DNA from: an uncultured Oligoflexus sp.
Lineage (GTDB): Bacteria; Bdellovibrionota_B; Oligoflexia; Oligoflexales; Oligoflexaceae
Length of the DNA: 64,000 nucleotides
Reading direction: 5' to 3'
Assembly: GCA_964236955.1 (NCBI GenBank)
Contig: CAXSGP010000003.1
Coordinates: forward strand, 24,449-88,448
Below, piece by piece: positions 1 to 9,515 of the stretch. The notes below the pieces were generated by a model. That model did no database searches, was not told where the DNA came from, and was given only the letters and a program-made list of their open reading frames with translations. Position numbers and translations under genes: made by a program. Positions within the stretch are counted from its first letter, which is position 1. Each line of letters starts with the position of its first letter.

Positions 1-1
1 T

Positions 2-400
2 GATTTGAATACGACCCTGATGATGAATCTATTTTTTAACGGCCGAATCGCCAGCATGCCTCCCAAGCTTAGGTCAGACGATGGCCGTAACATGATCATT
101 CGGCCTTTGATTTATGTGGCTGAAGCCGATCTGAGAGCGGTCTCGGAAGAGGTTAATGTTCCAATCATCCCTTGCAATCTCTGTGGCTCGAATGGCAATA
201 TGCAGCGCAGTCGGGTAAAGACCCTGTTAATGGAACTCGAACGTGAGCATCCCTTCGTGGCTGCGAGTTTAATCAAAGCTCAACAGAATATTAGAGCTTC
301 GCAATTGCTGGATAAGAACCATTGGTCATTCGAGGGTCTTGAGAATTTGCCAGAAGATACCGATCCCACTGCCAGGATGCAGAGCAACGGGCTGCTTTAG
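2..400 (+). CDS. ttcA: tRNA 2-thiocytidine biosynthesis protein TtcA, C-terminal part (5' end outside window)
   Basis: MNLFFNG..SMPPKL.SDDG...IIRPL.Y and IIPCNLCGS...QR motifs typical of TtcA; frame open from position 2. Confidence 0.92.
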   Translation, partial: DLNTTLMMNLFFNGRIASMPPKLRSDDGRNMIIRPLIYVAEADLRAVSEEVNVPIIPCNLCGSNGNMQRSRVKTLLMELEREHPFVAASLIKAQQNIRASQLLDKNHWSFEGLENLPEDTDPTARMQSNGLL

Positions 401-652
401 GACAAGGCCTATCGAGAATGTGGGTCTTCGTACCAAAAAACCACTCTATCTGGCAATCTTACAACCCGAATGTTTAAAATCTGGCCGTTAATATTCCAAT
501 AAATCCACCCATTTCGGGATTTGGCAAAATTAGGCTAAATTTCTAAATCGCTTTAACCGATAAGTGACTCTAAGCAGGAACCAAGAATTTTGCCTCGTCT
601 ACTAATGCAGTATTGGTAAACTCCGTAACATTCATGCCTAGAGGTCTTATCA

Positions 653-1282
653 ATGATTTTGCAGAACTGTTTCCACAAGACATTGCCCCTGGTTTTGCTT
701 ATAAGCTTCGCTTGTACGGAAGAGAGCAAATTTAATGCGGGGACCAAGGCTCAGGCTTTACAGGCCGAAGATACGGTACCAACCAGTGAAGCGCCGCCGC
801 TGCTGCCGCCGCCTTCAGTCGAGGCACCGGTCGCGGAACATGCACCAGTAGCCGATATTCCCTGTGAAAAAGCCAATGTCCTTAAAGATGGCTTTCCAGC
901 TGAAATCAGTTCCTGCTATGAATCCGGACGCGTCTGGAATTTCGATTCCAAAGAATGTGTCGTGATGAAGGCAGCAAAATTCAGCTGTGATTGGACTCAT
1001 GTCATCTCAGAATTAGGAAAAATCGGTCTTGAAAGCCCTGATATCAATAAGGCGTCGACCAAGGACACGAGTATCCTTATCGGTTGCGGTCAGTCCGAGG
1101 ATAACTCGCGTATCGTCGTGCAATGGATCAACGTGCCAGAGGGTAACGGCTGTAAGAACGTCCAGCCTGGTTTGACAATTACAGGGTGTTTCACCAATTA
1201 CGGTACTAGGGTGCCTCCTCCTGTACCGACCAGCAAGGAAGAGCGCGATAGTCGTACATACGCCTGTATGAATGAGCTTTGA
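653..1282 (+). CDS. Hypothetical Cys-rich lipoprotein
   Basis: 209-aa ORF, GAGG RBS, lipobox-like ISFAC, Pro-rich linker, many Cys, terminator downstream. Confidence 0.75.
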   Translation: MILQNCFHKTLPLVLLISFACTEESKFNAGTKAQALQAEDTVPTSEAPPLLPPPSVEAPVAEHAPVADIPCEKANVLKDGFPAEISSCYESGRVWNFDSKECVVMKAAKFSCDWTHVISELGKIGLESPDINKASTKDTSILIGCGQSEDNSRIVVQWINVPEGNGCKNVQPGLTITGCFTNYGTRVPPPVPTSKEERDSRTYACMNEL

Positions 1283-1329
1283 AAATGGAATGGATCTCTA
1301 GAATTCAAGTCATTTCTTAAAGATGTTGT

Positions 1330-1355
1330 GCGGAGGGAATTCCCTCCGTTTTTTT
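1330..1355 (+). terminator. Rho-independent terminator
   Basis: CGGAGGGA-AT-TCCCTCCG followed by T7. Confidence 0.8.
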
Positions 1356-1621
1356 GGTTTGGAATTCTTAGCACCGGCTTTGGCTTCATGCAATCGCTTA
1401 GGGCCCGAACTGGGAGCGAATGAGTAATCCAGGCATCCAAGCTCAATTATGACTCAATGAATTCTGAATCCTTCATCAGAATTATTTCCGGCTTAAGAAA
1501 ATCTTAAATCTCTCAGAATTGAATATGAGTAATGTGTTGTAAATACAGCTGTTAGAGAGGAAATGAAAAAAGACAATTGCTGCAGCCGATAGTGGCTTTA
1601 AGTCACTTGAGGATAATTAAA

Positions 1622-3286
1622 ATGGTCAAGGCATTCGCCATTTTCGTAATGGTCATGAGCTGTTCAGAGGTTAGCCTAGATTCGGCCGTCAATACCCTGG
1701 GTCATAATCAGGCCAAATCAATTCCAGCATCAGGTTCGACAACGACTTCAAGTCCTTCGGCTGGGGAAGAGAGTACTATAAATGCCGTAGAAGGGCAGTT
1801 ACCCTCGGAATCTGAATCTCCAGTCGCTCCCGTGCAGATCACCGGAGCCTTCTTACATTGTGTCACCCTCCTGACCCCTGTGACAGAAGTTCCGACAACA
1901 GTTGTCGGCTGTCGGCTTGAGGACGCCAAAGGCGGGCATATTGCGCCTGAGACGTCCGATGTGAAAGAAATATTTGTCTTGACCCCATCGACAGTTCAAG
2001 ATGTTAGCGTAAGCTTAAAAACCCCGGTGGAATTGACCCGAAGATACGATGCCATCATCGAATCTGTCGGTAAAAATGCGGAGGTCAGTCAGCGGGCGGC
2101 TCAGGAGTCTGGTTTAGAGCTGACGATTCAGGATATGGCCAAAGGAAGTATTGGTGATTCTTTCAGTGGAGCCATCCAAAGTTTTTTAGCGCCGATAGTA
2201 GACCGTGGCCAGTGGAAAGTCTTCACAAATCCCGGGGGATCACTATATGTCGATGAAACAACAAGTTTAACCTGGTCTGTTGACGATCAGATTCTTTATA
2301 CCCGGGAGGAGGCAATAACGCAATGCGAGGCGTTAAATTACGGCAACAAAGGCAACTGGCGCTTGCCAAATATCGCTGAGCTGAAGCTTGCGGCATTAAA
2401 TGGCCTTGGTCGCAACTATTCAGAGCCTCAGTACATGAACATAGCTTCCCAATCCATCTATTGGTCTTCAAGCGGCTTAGCACCGGCGGCGCTTGCCTTA
2501 AGCCCTGTCTCAGGAGAGGCGATTTCAGCGGTTGCAAGTACCCGTTATTCGAGCCTTTGTGTGAGCGATGACTCAAATACAAATACGGCGGCCTCTACAG
2601 CACTGATCGGCAGTGTTCCGTGCGGCGGGGAAGGGGACTCTTGTTACGACAATGCATCAGCGATGAGTGCGGGGCTGGCCATAACTCCGAAAAATAAGGC
2701 GATTGAATACGTGCTGGCCAACGGCGCGTTCTACGTCTGGAAGGAAGTCGGTGGAGAACGCGTTTTGAAGGCTAACGGTTCGGATCGTTGGGCTCGAAGC
2801 CTTAGGGAAAATGGGAAGGGTTTTTCAGATTCGTATTTTACTTCCTGGTCGAGTCTGGTGGGCCGCAAGTGTCCACCCAGTGTCTTCATTGATAATAACA
2901 ATAAATTTTCGACCAACCACTGCCTCTATTATACTTCAGAAAATCAGCAGCCCCTTGATAGCAATGGATCGGATGGTAGCGATGGAATAAAAAACTGGAC
3001 TGATAAAGCCTGGTATGTTGGAAATATAAAAGTCTGTTCGAAAAAAGGCATGCGTTTGCCGACAATTTTTGAGACCGCTACGACCAAAACAAGCTCATCA
3101 GATTACCCGACTTCAGACGGTGAACCAATCTTTGCCAAAGTCGAAGGTATTCCTTCGAATCGAATCAATACTTGGACCGCAACGTCGTCATCAAACGCTT
3201 CCAGTTCTTTTTGGTTTTGGTCAGCCACAGCAGCAGACAAAGCTGCTTACGGGAATAACCACGCCATTAGATGTGTATTGCCCTAA
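1622..3286 (+). CDS. Lipoprotein with DUF1566/Lcl (C-type lectin-like) domain and a second C-terminal CLec-like domain
   Basis: ATG 1622 after GAGGA, lipobox-like VMSC; D..TSLTW...A...C..L.YG....WRLPN..EL...YWSSS...LCV motif; second RLPT..E...WTAT...IRCV motif at the C-terminus. Confidence 0.8.
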   Translation: MVKAFAIFVMVMSCSEVSLDSAVNTLGHNQAKSIPASGSTTTSSPSAGEESTINAVEGQLPSESESPVAPVQITGAFLHCVTLLTPVTEVPTTVVGCRLEDAKGGHIAPETSDVKEIFVLTPSTVQDVSVSLKTPVELTRRYDAIIESVGKNAEVSQRAAQESGLELTIQDMAKGSIGDSFSGAIQSFLAPIVDRGQWKVFTNPGGSLYVDETTSLTWSVDDQILYTREEAITQCEALNYGNKGNWRLPNIAELKLAALNGLGRNYSEPQYMNIASQSIYWSSSGLAPAALALSPVSGEAISAVASTRYSSLCVSDDSNTNTAASTALIGSVPCGGEGDSCYDNASAMSAGLAITPKNKAIEYVLANGAFYVWKEVGGERVLKANGSDRWARSLRENGKGFSDSYFTSWSSLVGRKCPPSVFIDNNNKFSTNHCLYYTSENQQPLDSNGSDGSDGIKNWTDKAWYVGNIKVCSKKGMRLPTIFETATTKTSSSDYPTSDGEPIFAKVEGIPSNRINTWTATSSSNASSSFWFWSATAADKAAYGNNHAIRCVLP

Positions 3287-3601
3287 AACTGTTTTCCTTA
3301 ACCTCATGGTTGTGACCTGCTCCTCAATTGGAAACACAAGGGTTTCGCAATAGAGATTCACCAGAGAACGAAATTTAGCTCTCGTGGCGATCTCGTCAAG
3401 CTTTTGAAACTTAATCTCTGAAAAGTTGAATTTCGGGCGTTTTTTTCGAAGGATTCCCTCTGGAACCCCGGGTGGATGGTGACGGGGATTTGGTGAAAGT
3501 CGTGCTGGTCGCGAGCATCGAATTATTTATTGCGTTTGAAATCGAAAAGAACGGATGGTAATCCATCGCTATCAAGGGAATTATCTCTGGAGGCAATAAA
3601 T

Positions 3602-4021
3602 ATGTATCGCATCCTGACTCTCACTATGTTCGTTCTCGCTCACTCTATTCCATTGTCAGCTTTCGCTGGTGCTCCTACCAAAATAGATCCTGAAGTAAGA
3701 GTCCTTACGGCCATCGATAATATCTGTGGTGACACCTGGTGTGAAGGGGACTTTCAGTTTAGGTTTAATAAAGTGAGCTTTGACCGCAAGCAGCTTCAAA
3801 CTGTTGTCGATTTCACGATGACTCCCTACGCAGCTGAAGAAGCTATCGCGTCCGACCCCGTTGCCTCAGATTCAAAGTTTGAAGTTCAATGCATCGTAGG
3901 TGGCTTTGCCGATGCATCGACCATTCTCAAGGGCAATGGTTCACTGGATGAAGCCTTCTATACTTCGCTCAGTGAATGCGTAAACAATTTTGAGTCCTTC
4001 CTTGTTAAGCGTTTGCCATAA
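3602..4021 (+). CDS. Hypothetical secreted protein (IDNICGDTWCEGD motif)
   Basis: GGAGG RBS before ATG 3602, signal peptide ending AFA, four Cys. Confidence 0.75.
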   Translation: MYRILTLTMFVLAHSIPLSAFAGAPTKIDPEVRVLTAIDNICGDTWCEGDFQFRFNKVSFDRKQLQTVVDFTMTPYAAEEAIASDPVASDSKFEVQCIVGGFADASTILKGNGSLDEAFYTSLSECVNNFESFLVKRLP

Positions 4022-4216
4022 TGGCAAGGATTGGGATTAGCGGACCGAAGCGCTGGAGTCGAAAGTTTATGGTCCAAATGCCCGATTGATCGCTATTTGA
4101 ACAGGCGCCTCCTGATCCTCCTGGCTCAGGATCAAAGTACCCTTTGTGCCTGCTGCAATATTTGCTGCTGGCCCTCTCTTTTAGGTTTCACCATCGCAGC
4201 CGATGGCGTTCAAAAT

Positions 4217-4816
4217 TCAAATTAAAGGCGACTCAGCTCTCGACTGGGCCTGGGCCAGCTTTTTCTGGCGATGACGGCTGTAGACTCTTTCTGTAAGCCA
4301 GAAAACAATCGTCGCGACCACTGCAAGTACGGCGACCTCTTCCAAGTGAGGATGTCGTCGCAGCATTTCTTTGAAACCGGCACCTAAGCCATAGCCAATG
4401 TAAGCGAAGGCGGTTCCCCAGACGACGACGCCGATCACGTTGAGTACCACATACGTTCTGAAAGGATATTTGACGACTCCAAGAAAAATAGGAGCCACCG
4501 TACGAATTCCATAGATAAATCGAAACGCGAATACAAAGAGCATTCCGTACTTGTCGAGCATGCGTTGAATGGCTCCCACTCGCTTCAAAAGTTTGGACCG
4601 TTTTTGAATGAATGGAGAACCATATTTTCGGCCCAGGCAATACCAAATAAGGTCGCCGGAAAATCCGCCGAGAATCGCGACGGCTATAACGATGGGAAGC
4701 GATAGCAATCCCTTATGCGCCATAGCTCCTGCAGCAATCAGTATCGTCTCTCCCTCGAGCAGCGTACCAATGCCAAGTGCGATATAACCCCATTCTAAAA
4801 TCAGATGTTCGAACAT
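4217..4816 (-). CDS. dedA: DedA family membrane protein
   Basis: LEGET...AG, GD...Y.LGR.YG and RF.YGIR motifs; hydrophobic helices. Confidence 0.9.
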   Translation of the reverse strand: MFEHLILEWGYIALGIGTLLEGETILIAAGAMAHKGLLSLPIVIAVAILGGFSGDLIWYCLGRKYGSPFIQKRSKLLKRVGAIQRMLDKYGMLFVFAFRFIYGIRTVAPIFLGVVKYPFRTYVVLNVIGVVVWGTAFAYIGYGLGAGFKEMLRRHPHLEEVAVLAVVATIVFWLTERVYSRHRQKKLAQAQSRAESPLI

Positions 4817-5292
4817 CGTCAGTAACCTCAGGCGAAACTCATTACTATCACTCGACTTTAGCCTGGTTTAACAGATGGGCGGCCGTCGATGCAACTTTTT
4901 TTATAAAAATTTGGGCTTAAAAGGCAGGACAAAATTGAATTTTGAAGGCCAATCGTCCACGGAATGAAGGACTTGGCAAGTCGAAAGCTCCAAGTTTTTT
5001 GTAGGCAAAACGACCGCAGTGGTACCCAGTCGCAGCGGCGAATACCGGCCGGGGGTGCAGGGGCGGTAAGGAACGCGCTATTGTAATAAACGGGTAAGGG
5101 TTGCCGAAAGGCCAACCCGCAGCGCGAATTCGGGCCCTGCAGACCTTTGCTGATTTGGCTTTAAAAAATCTCTGACTGGGCATGTAAGCTGGCGAAACTC
5201 GTCCTATTTAAATCACTTTCCAGTGCCGGTTAAGTTTTAAGGATTAAAGGTCGAACTAGAGTTTCTCGCTCGATACTGTTTATCCATAAGGA

Positions 5293-7047
5293 ATGGTTTC
5301 GTATATGCTGCATTCTCTCCGAAGCAAAACCATTTGTATGATTGGCGTTACATTAATTGGCCTTCTTTTAATACTTGGCAGCATTTCCCGATCTATTCTG
5401 CTTGACAGCTTTCTGAAACTCGAAAGGGATGATGCCCTTCAACATATATCGCGAGTGACCAGGAGTATAGCGGAGGATCAATCCACCATCGATGGAAGTA
5501 CAAGGGATCTAGCCTACTGGGACGATGCCTATGCCTTTGCCAAGAGCCCCAAGAAATCCTTTATCGAGGCAAATTTCAGTGAGGACACCTTCAAGATCAA
5601 TAGATGGAACGTCGTGATGTTCCTCGACAACAGAGGAAAGATTCTTTACGGGCAGGGTTACGATCTGAAGGCCGGCCATTTGACCAAGCTGCCGCTATTA
5701 TGGAGCGGAAAGAAATTGCCGGATCTGCAGAAGCTCAGACCCCATGAACTTACTGGTTCCGTAGCCGGATTCATGCAGCTCGATGAAGGGCCGCTTATCA
5801 TTTCGGTGCGAAACCTTTTGCCAACTAATATGAAAGGCCAGCCTGCAGGCTTGATGATCACCGGACGGTTTTTTGATGATTCACAAGTCCAGCGGCTTTC
5901 TGATTTTACTCGGGTACCGCTCAAAGCCAGGCTCTGGAGTCAGCCATTGGATAAAGATACATCTCAAGCGAAAGCAAAATTCAAGACGCCTTTTGCGGAA
6001 CCATTGATCGGGAGCATGGATGAGGAGAACCTGCGTGCCTGGTGTATAATTAAGGGCCTTGACGCCAGGCCGTTTCTCTTAATGCGCCTTGATCTTCCGC
6101 GCAACATCTATATGAAAGGCAAGCAAAGCCTTTATTATCTCTTGAGCGCCGTCGTACTTTCCAGTTTGGTTTTTGGGGGGGCTGTCCTATGGCTCCTGGA
6201 AAAATTTGTTTTGGTACGCGTTATCCAACTGTCTCTACAGGTCAAGGCCATAGGCCAGGCCAAGACCTTGAAGGGACGCGTGCAGGTACTCGGTAACGAC
6301 GAGCTTAGTACCTTAGCGTTGCATATGAATACCACATTGGAGGCCCATGAGAAGCTGCATAGCCTTCTCGATGTAGAAAGGCGGAAGACCCAAAGGCTTT
6401 TGATCAATATTTTGCCAGAGTCAGTTGCGGAACGCTTGAAGGAGAGGCATGAAACGATAGCGGAATCCTATTCCGACGTCACGGTTCTCTTCGCTGATAT
6501 TGTCGGCTTCACTGAAATGTCGGCCTCAATTAGCCCCGAAAACGTCGTTGGCTTCTTAAATGATATATTCTCGCTGTTCGATCATTTTGTCGAAGAAAGA
6601 GGCTTGGAAAAGATAAAGACCATAGGTGATGCATATATGGCAGTGGGCGGCTTGCCTAAACATCGCGTTGATCATGCATCGGCCATTGCCCATCTGGCGT
6701 TGGACTTTATGGAATGTCTTGACGCATTTAACAAGAACCGTCTCTTTCCAGTCCGTTTGCGTATCGGAATCAATACAGGTTCGGTCGTAGCAGGTGTCAT
6801 TGGGAAGAAGAAATTTCTTTATGACCTTTGGGGTGACGCGGTAAATACTGCCAGCCGTATGGAATCCAGCTGCCTTCCCAATAGTGTTCATGTAAGTGAA
6901 GAGACCTATACTTTACTAAAAGACGAATTTGATTTTTCCTGCCGGGGAACAGTTGAGATCAAAGGCAAAGGTCCGATGACAACTTATTTTTTACTCGGTA
7001 GAAAGGCCGACGCCGAGAGTCATTTTGAACATTTGATTGCGTCTTGA
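5293..7047 (+). CDS. Membrane class III adenylate cyclase with CHASE4 sensor and HAMP domain
   Basis: Two TM segments, D.AYWDD CHASE4 motif, G.DEL HAMP, FADIVGFT / KTIGDAYM / YDLWGDAVNTASRMES catalytic motifs with Lys/Asp ATP-specificity residues. Confidence 0.92.
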   Translation: MVSYMLHSLRSKTICMIGVTLIGLLLILGSISRSILLDSFLKLERDDALQHISRVTRSIAEDQSTIDGSTRDLAYWDDAYAFAKSPKKSFIEANFSEDTFKINRWNVVMFLDNRGKILYGQGYDLKAGHLTKLPLLWSGKKLPDLQKLRPHELTGSVAGFMQLDEGPLIISVRNLLPTNMKGQPAGLMITGRFFDDSQVQRLSDFTRVPLKARLWSQPLDKDTSQAKAKFKTPFAEPLIGSMDEENLRAWCIIKGLDARPFLLMRLDLPRNIYMKGKQSLYYLLSAVVLSSLVFGGAVLWLLEKFVLVRVIQLSLQVKAIGQAKTLKGRVQVLGNDELSTLALHMNTTLEAHEKLHSLLDVERRKTQRLLINILPESVAERLKERHETIAESYSDVTVLFADIVGFTEMSASISPENVVGFLNDIFSLFDHFVEERGLEKIKTIGDAYMAVGGLPKHRVDHASAIAHLALDFMECLDAFNKNRLFPVRLRIGINTGSVVAGVIGKKKFLYDLWGDAVNTASRMESSCLPNSVHVSEETYTLLKDEFDFSCRGTVEIKGKGPMTTYFLLGRKADAESHFEHLIAS

Positions 7048-7205
7048 ATCAAACCCGGTCTTTTGCGTAGCCAATCACCCCGCTTCGCCTGAGCTGACTT
7101 TGCCTTATATCAATGAGGCGTCAGCCCGTCGCTCAATGCCGGTCATCTGCAAAGGTGAAGCATGCATCCGGGGCGTAAGGGATACGCTATTGTTTATCTT
7201 TTAGA

Positions 7206-8405
7206 TCATTTGGCCTTAATGGGCTGCCGAACGGCCGGCCATGGCGTAGGAAACTCAGTCGGATCAAAACCAAAACTATCGCCTATCTTCAGCTGCCTCT
7301 GGCCTTTGCGCACGAAGACAATAGCGCCCTCCTGGATCGCGAAACCACGCGGAGATTTCAAATTTAATCCCGACCCATAAAAACCTACGACATGGCCTTT
7401 GACGAATCGGTCGCCGTCTTCAAAATAAAGCCTGTCATTCATATCAAGCCCCCAGGCGCGGCCACGATCGAGATAGACCCAGGCTCCATAGATCTTCGCT
7501 ACTTGCGGCAGGTCCTTGGCCAAGAGCTGATTGCGGGTATCGCTTAGAATTTTTTGTAACTCGGCTGGGATGGCAATTCGGTTTTCGCTGGCTTTTATTT
7601 CAAAAATCATTGGCGACCGAGGCGACATCTTGCTGCCAAGCACCGACTCGCTGGCAAGGACAAGGGCCTCTAATCTGGGGCCAGTAGGGTTCATTCCCCA
7701 GTCGACAAGCAGGGTGCGGGTACTGCGTTTAACCTGGCTGGCGGGGAAAAGGTTTTGGCGGAGCCGGTAGCCCTCAAGCAAATCGAGGGGAGTAGGGACC
7801 ATCATCGTTTTTTGAAGTTCGTGAGCGACCAGCATATTCAAGCATTCGTGCGTGCCGACAATAGTATTGTGACTGCTTCGGAGCAGGCCCAGATCAAGTT
7901 TAAAAGCCGCAGCTTCCTTATCCGGGAGATGAATGCCGGCATTGAGTTCGGATGCCCATGCTGCGTTTATCGCTAAGGGTGCACCGCCTTCGCCCTCCCA
8001 TGCTGACCTGCTGGTGAATTGCTGCCTGGAGGAGAGCAGAAAGTTATCGCTGAGTCCCGCGAGTTCAGTTGCGACAATTATGCTTTCGTCAATTCGACAT
8101 ATAATAGGGATTACGTAGCTGGGAACAATGATAGGAGCCTTGCCAGTGGCGACGCGATGCAGGCTATGTTTAAGGTTATAGGGCAGGACCCGTCCCTGGG
8201 CTTCCAACCAAAGATCAAGGGATTGTGAGTTCGGCAGAATGTTTTGCAGCAGTTGAGCGTGAAGCGCTTCCAATTTTTTGGCGTTCCTTGTCGCGAATTC
8301 ATTGTCGAGTCCTATCAATTGCCAGGGTAAAACACTTAAGTCTGGCACTTTTGCCTGAGCAAAGGCAGAACTGGCAAGGCTTAGACAGAAAATGAGCCCC
8401 GTCAT
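7206..8405 (-). CDS. Hypothetical secreted protein, C-terminus resembles FlgT_C beta-domain (start uncertain, ORF open to 8573)
   Basis: Signal peptide MTGLIFCLSLASSAFA; VAKIYGAWVYLDRG...GL...D.L resembles the FlgT C-terminal pattern (by eye). Confidence 0.65.
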   Translation of the reverse strand: MTGLIFCLSLASSAFAQAKVPDLSVLPWQLIGLDNEFATRNAKKLEALHAQLLQNILPNSQSLDLWLEAQGRVLPYNLKHSLHRVATGKAPIIVPSYVIPIICRIDESIIVATELAGLSDNFLLSSRQQFTSRSAWEGEGGAPLAINAAWASELNAGIHLPDKEAAAFKLDLGLLRSSHNTIVGTHECLNMLVAHELQKTMMVPTPLDLLEGYRLRQNLFPASQVKRSTRTLLVDWGMNPTGPRLEALVLASESVLGSKMSPRSPMIFEIKASENRIAIPAELQKILSDTRNQLLAKDLPQVAKIYGAWVYLDRGRAWGLDMNDRLYFEDGDRFVKGHVVGFYGSGLNLKSPRGFAIQEGAIVFVRKGQRQLKIGDSFGFDPTEFPTPWPAVRQPIKAK

Positions 8406-8757
8406 GCAGATCACGAAAGAATTGTTCAAAATTCTTTCATTTTCCCTTTGCGTCGACGGCAAATTCCGTTTACAAATTGTGAGTGCCATATAAATGTATG
8501 GCTCACTTTTTTTCCTCCATAGGTCTCGCAAGTACTGCATGGTTGTCTCTTTAGTTTTCAAACGAGAGTACAAAAAGTGAACTTTGGTTTTAGCGCTCCC
8601 GCAGTCGTTCTATAGGAGGCATATTGTCCTTATGCAATGGGTATCGGCAGCTTGACTTAGAGAATGAAGAGCAGACAGACAAAGCTTCTTCAGGCATTCT
8701 GTATAATCGAATTGAGCGTTTCATTGTCGGCGAAAAACCCAGTAATAAGGACATAGT

Positions 8758-9471
8758 TTGCATCCATTTACAGAGATAATGCGCGGGGGCAGGACTTACT
8801 GGAAAGGCGTTAAATGGCTTACAAAACATCCCATTTATTTACTTTTTCTCCTTATCCCAAGTGTTCTTGGCTTGCTGGGTGTGATTGGCGCAGGGATTCT
8901 CTTTTTTAAATACTATTCGGAGCTTGTCGGATTTTTCTTGTTTAAGCCGGGTCAAAGCTGGGCATGGATTATCCTTTACTACTTAGCTTTGCTGCTTTTT
9001 CATGTAGGGGCCTTTATTGCTATTCTTCTGATCGGCCTGACTGTGAGCAATGCTGTGGCCGCGCCGATTTATGAAGCCATTTCGCAAGCGATAGAAAAGG
9101 AATTCTTTCCTGCTTTCAGAGGTGAGCTATCGTTTTGGCAATCTTTTAGGCTGGTGCCGGAGGAGCTTCAGAAAATGCTCCTGATAGGGTTTTTGTCCCT
9201 GGTATTTTTTCTGGTGCCAGGGCTAAATCTTCTAGCCGTCTTCGGTACTGCGTTTCTGGTCGCATGGGACTTCTATGATTATCCATTGGCGAGGCGTGGA
9301 TTAAAGTTTAAGGAGCGTTTCCAGCTTGCCAGGAGCGATGTTTGGGCTATGGTGGGAATGAGCTTATGGTTCATGATTCCTATTTTGCAGATCATACTCG
9401 TACCAATGGCTGTTGTGGGAGGGACTCTTCTGGGTCTCGAAAAGCTCGCTAAGCAAGAACGTAGAGTTTAA
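8758..9471 (+). CDS. EI24/CysZ family membrane protein
   Basis: N..AAP.YE.IS..IE and W.F.DYPL.R motifs, several TM helices. Confidence 0.85.
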   Translation: MHPFTEIMRGGRTYWKGVKWLTKHPIYLLFLLIPSVLGLLGVIGAGILFFKYYSELVGFFLFKPGQSWAWIILYYLALLLFHVGAFIAILLIGLTVSNAVAAPIYEAISQAIEKEFFPAFRGELSFWQSFRLVPEELQKMLLIGFLSLVFFLVPGLNLLAVFGTAFLVAWDFYDYPLARRGLKFKERFQLARSDVWAMVGMSLWFMIPILQIILVPMAVVGGTLLGLEKLAKQERRV

Positions 9472-9515
9472 AATTTTCATAAAGAGTTGGAATTTATTCC
9501 AATTATAAGGAGAAC

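Noticed and set aside
3150..3300. DGR template repeat inside the window
   Set aside because: No second copy of the 3' end of the CLec-like gene was found in any intergenic region
4021..4135. Clustered GGA/AGGAGG motifs as a CsrB-like sRNA
   Set aside because: Too few, split across strands and not in repeated hairpin loops
5172..5204. Hammerhead-like CTGA...CGAAAC...GTC
   Set aside because: Core reads CTGACTG rather than CTGANGA and the stems do not form
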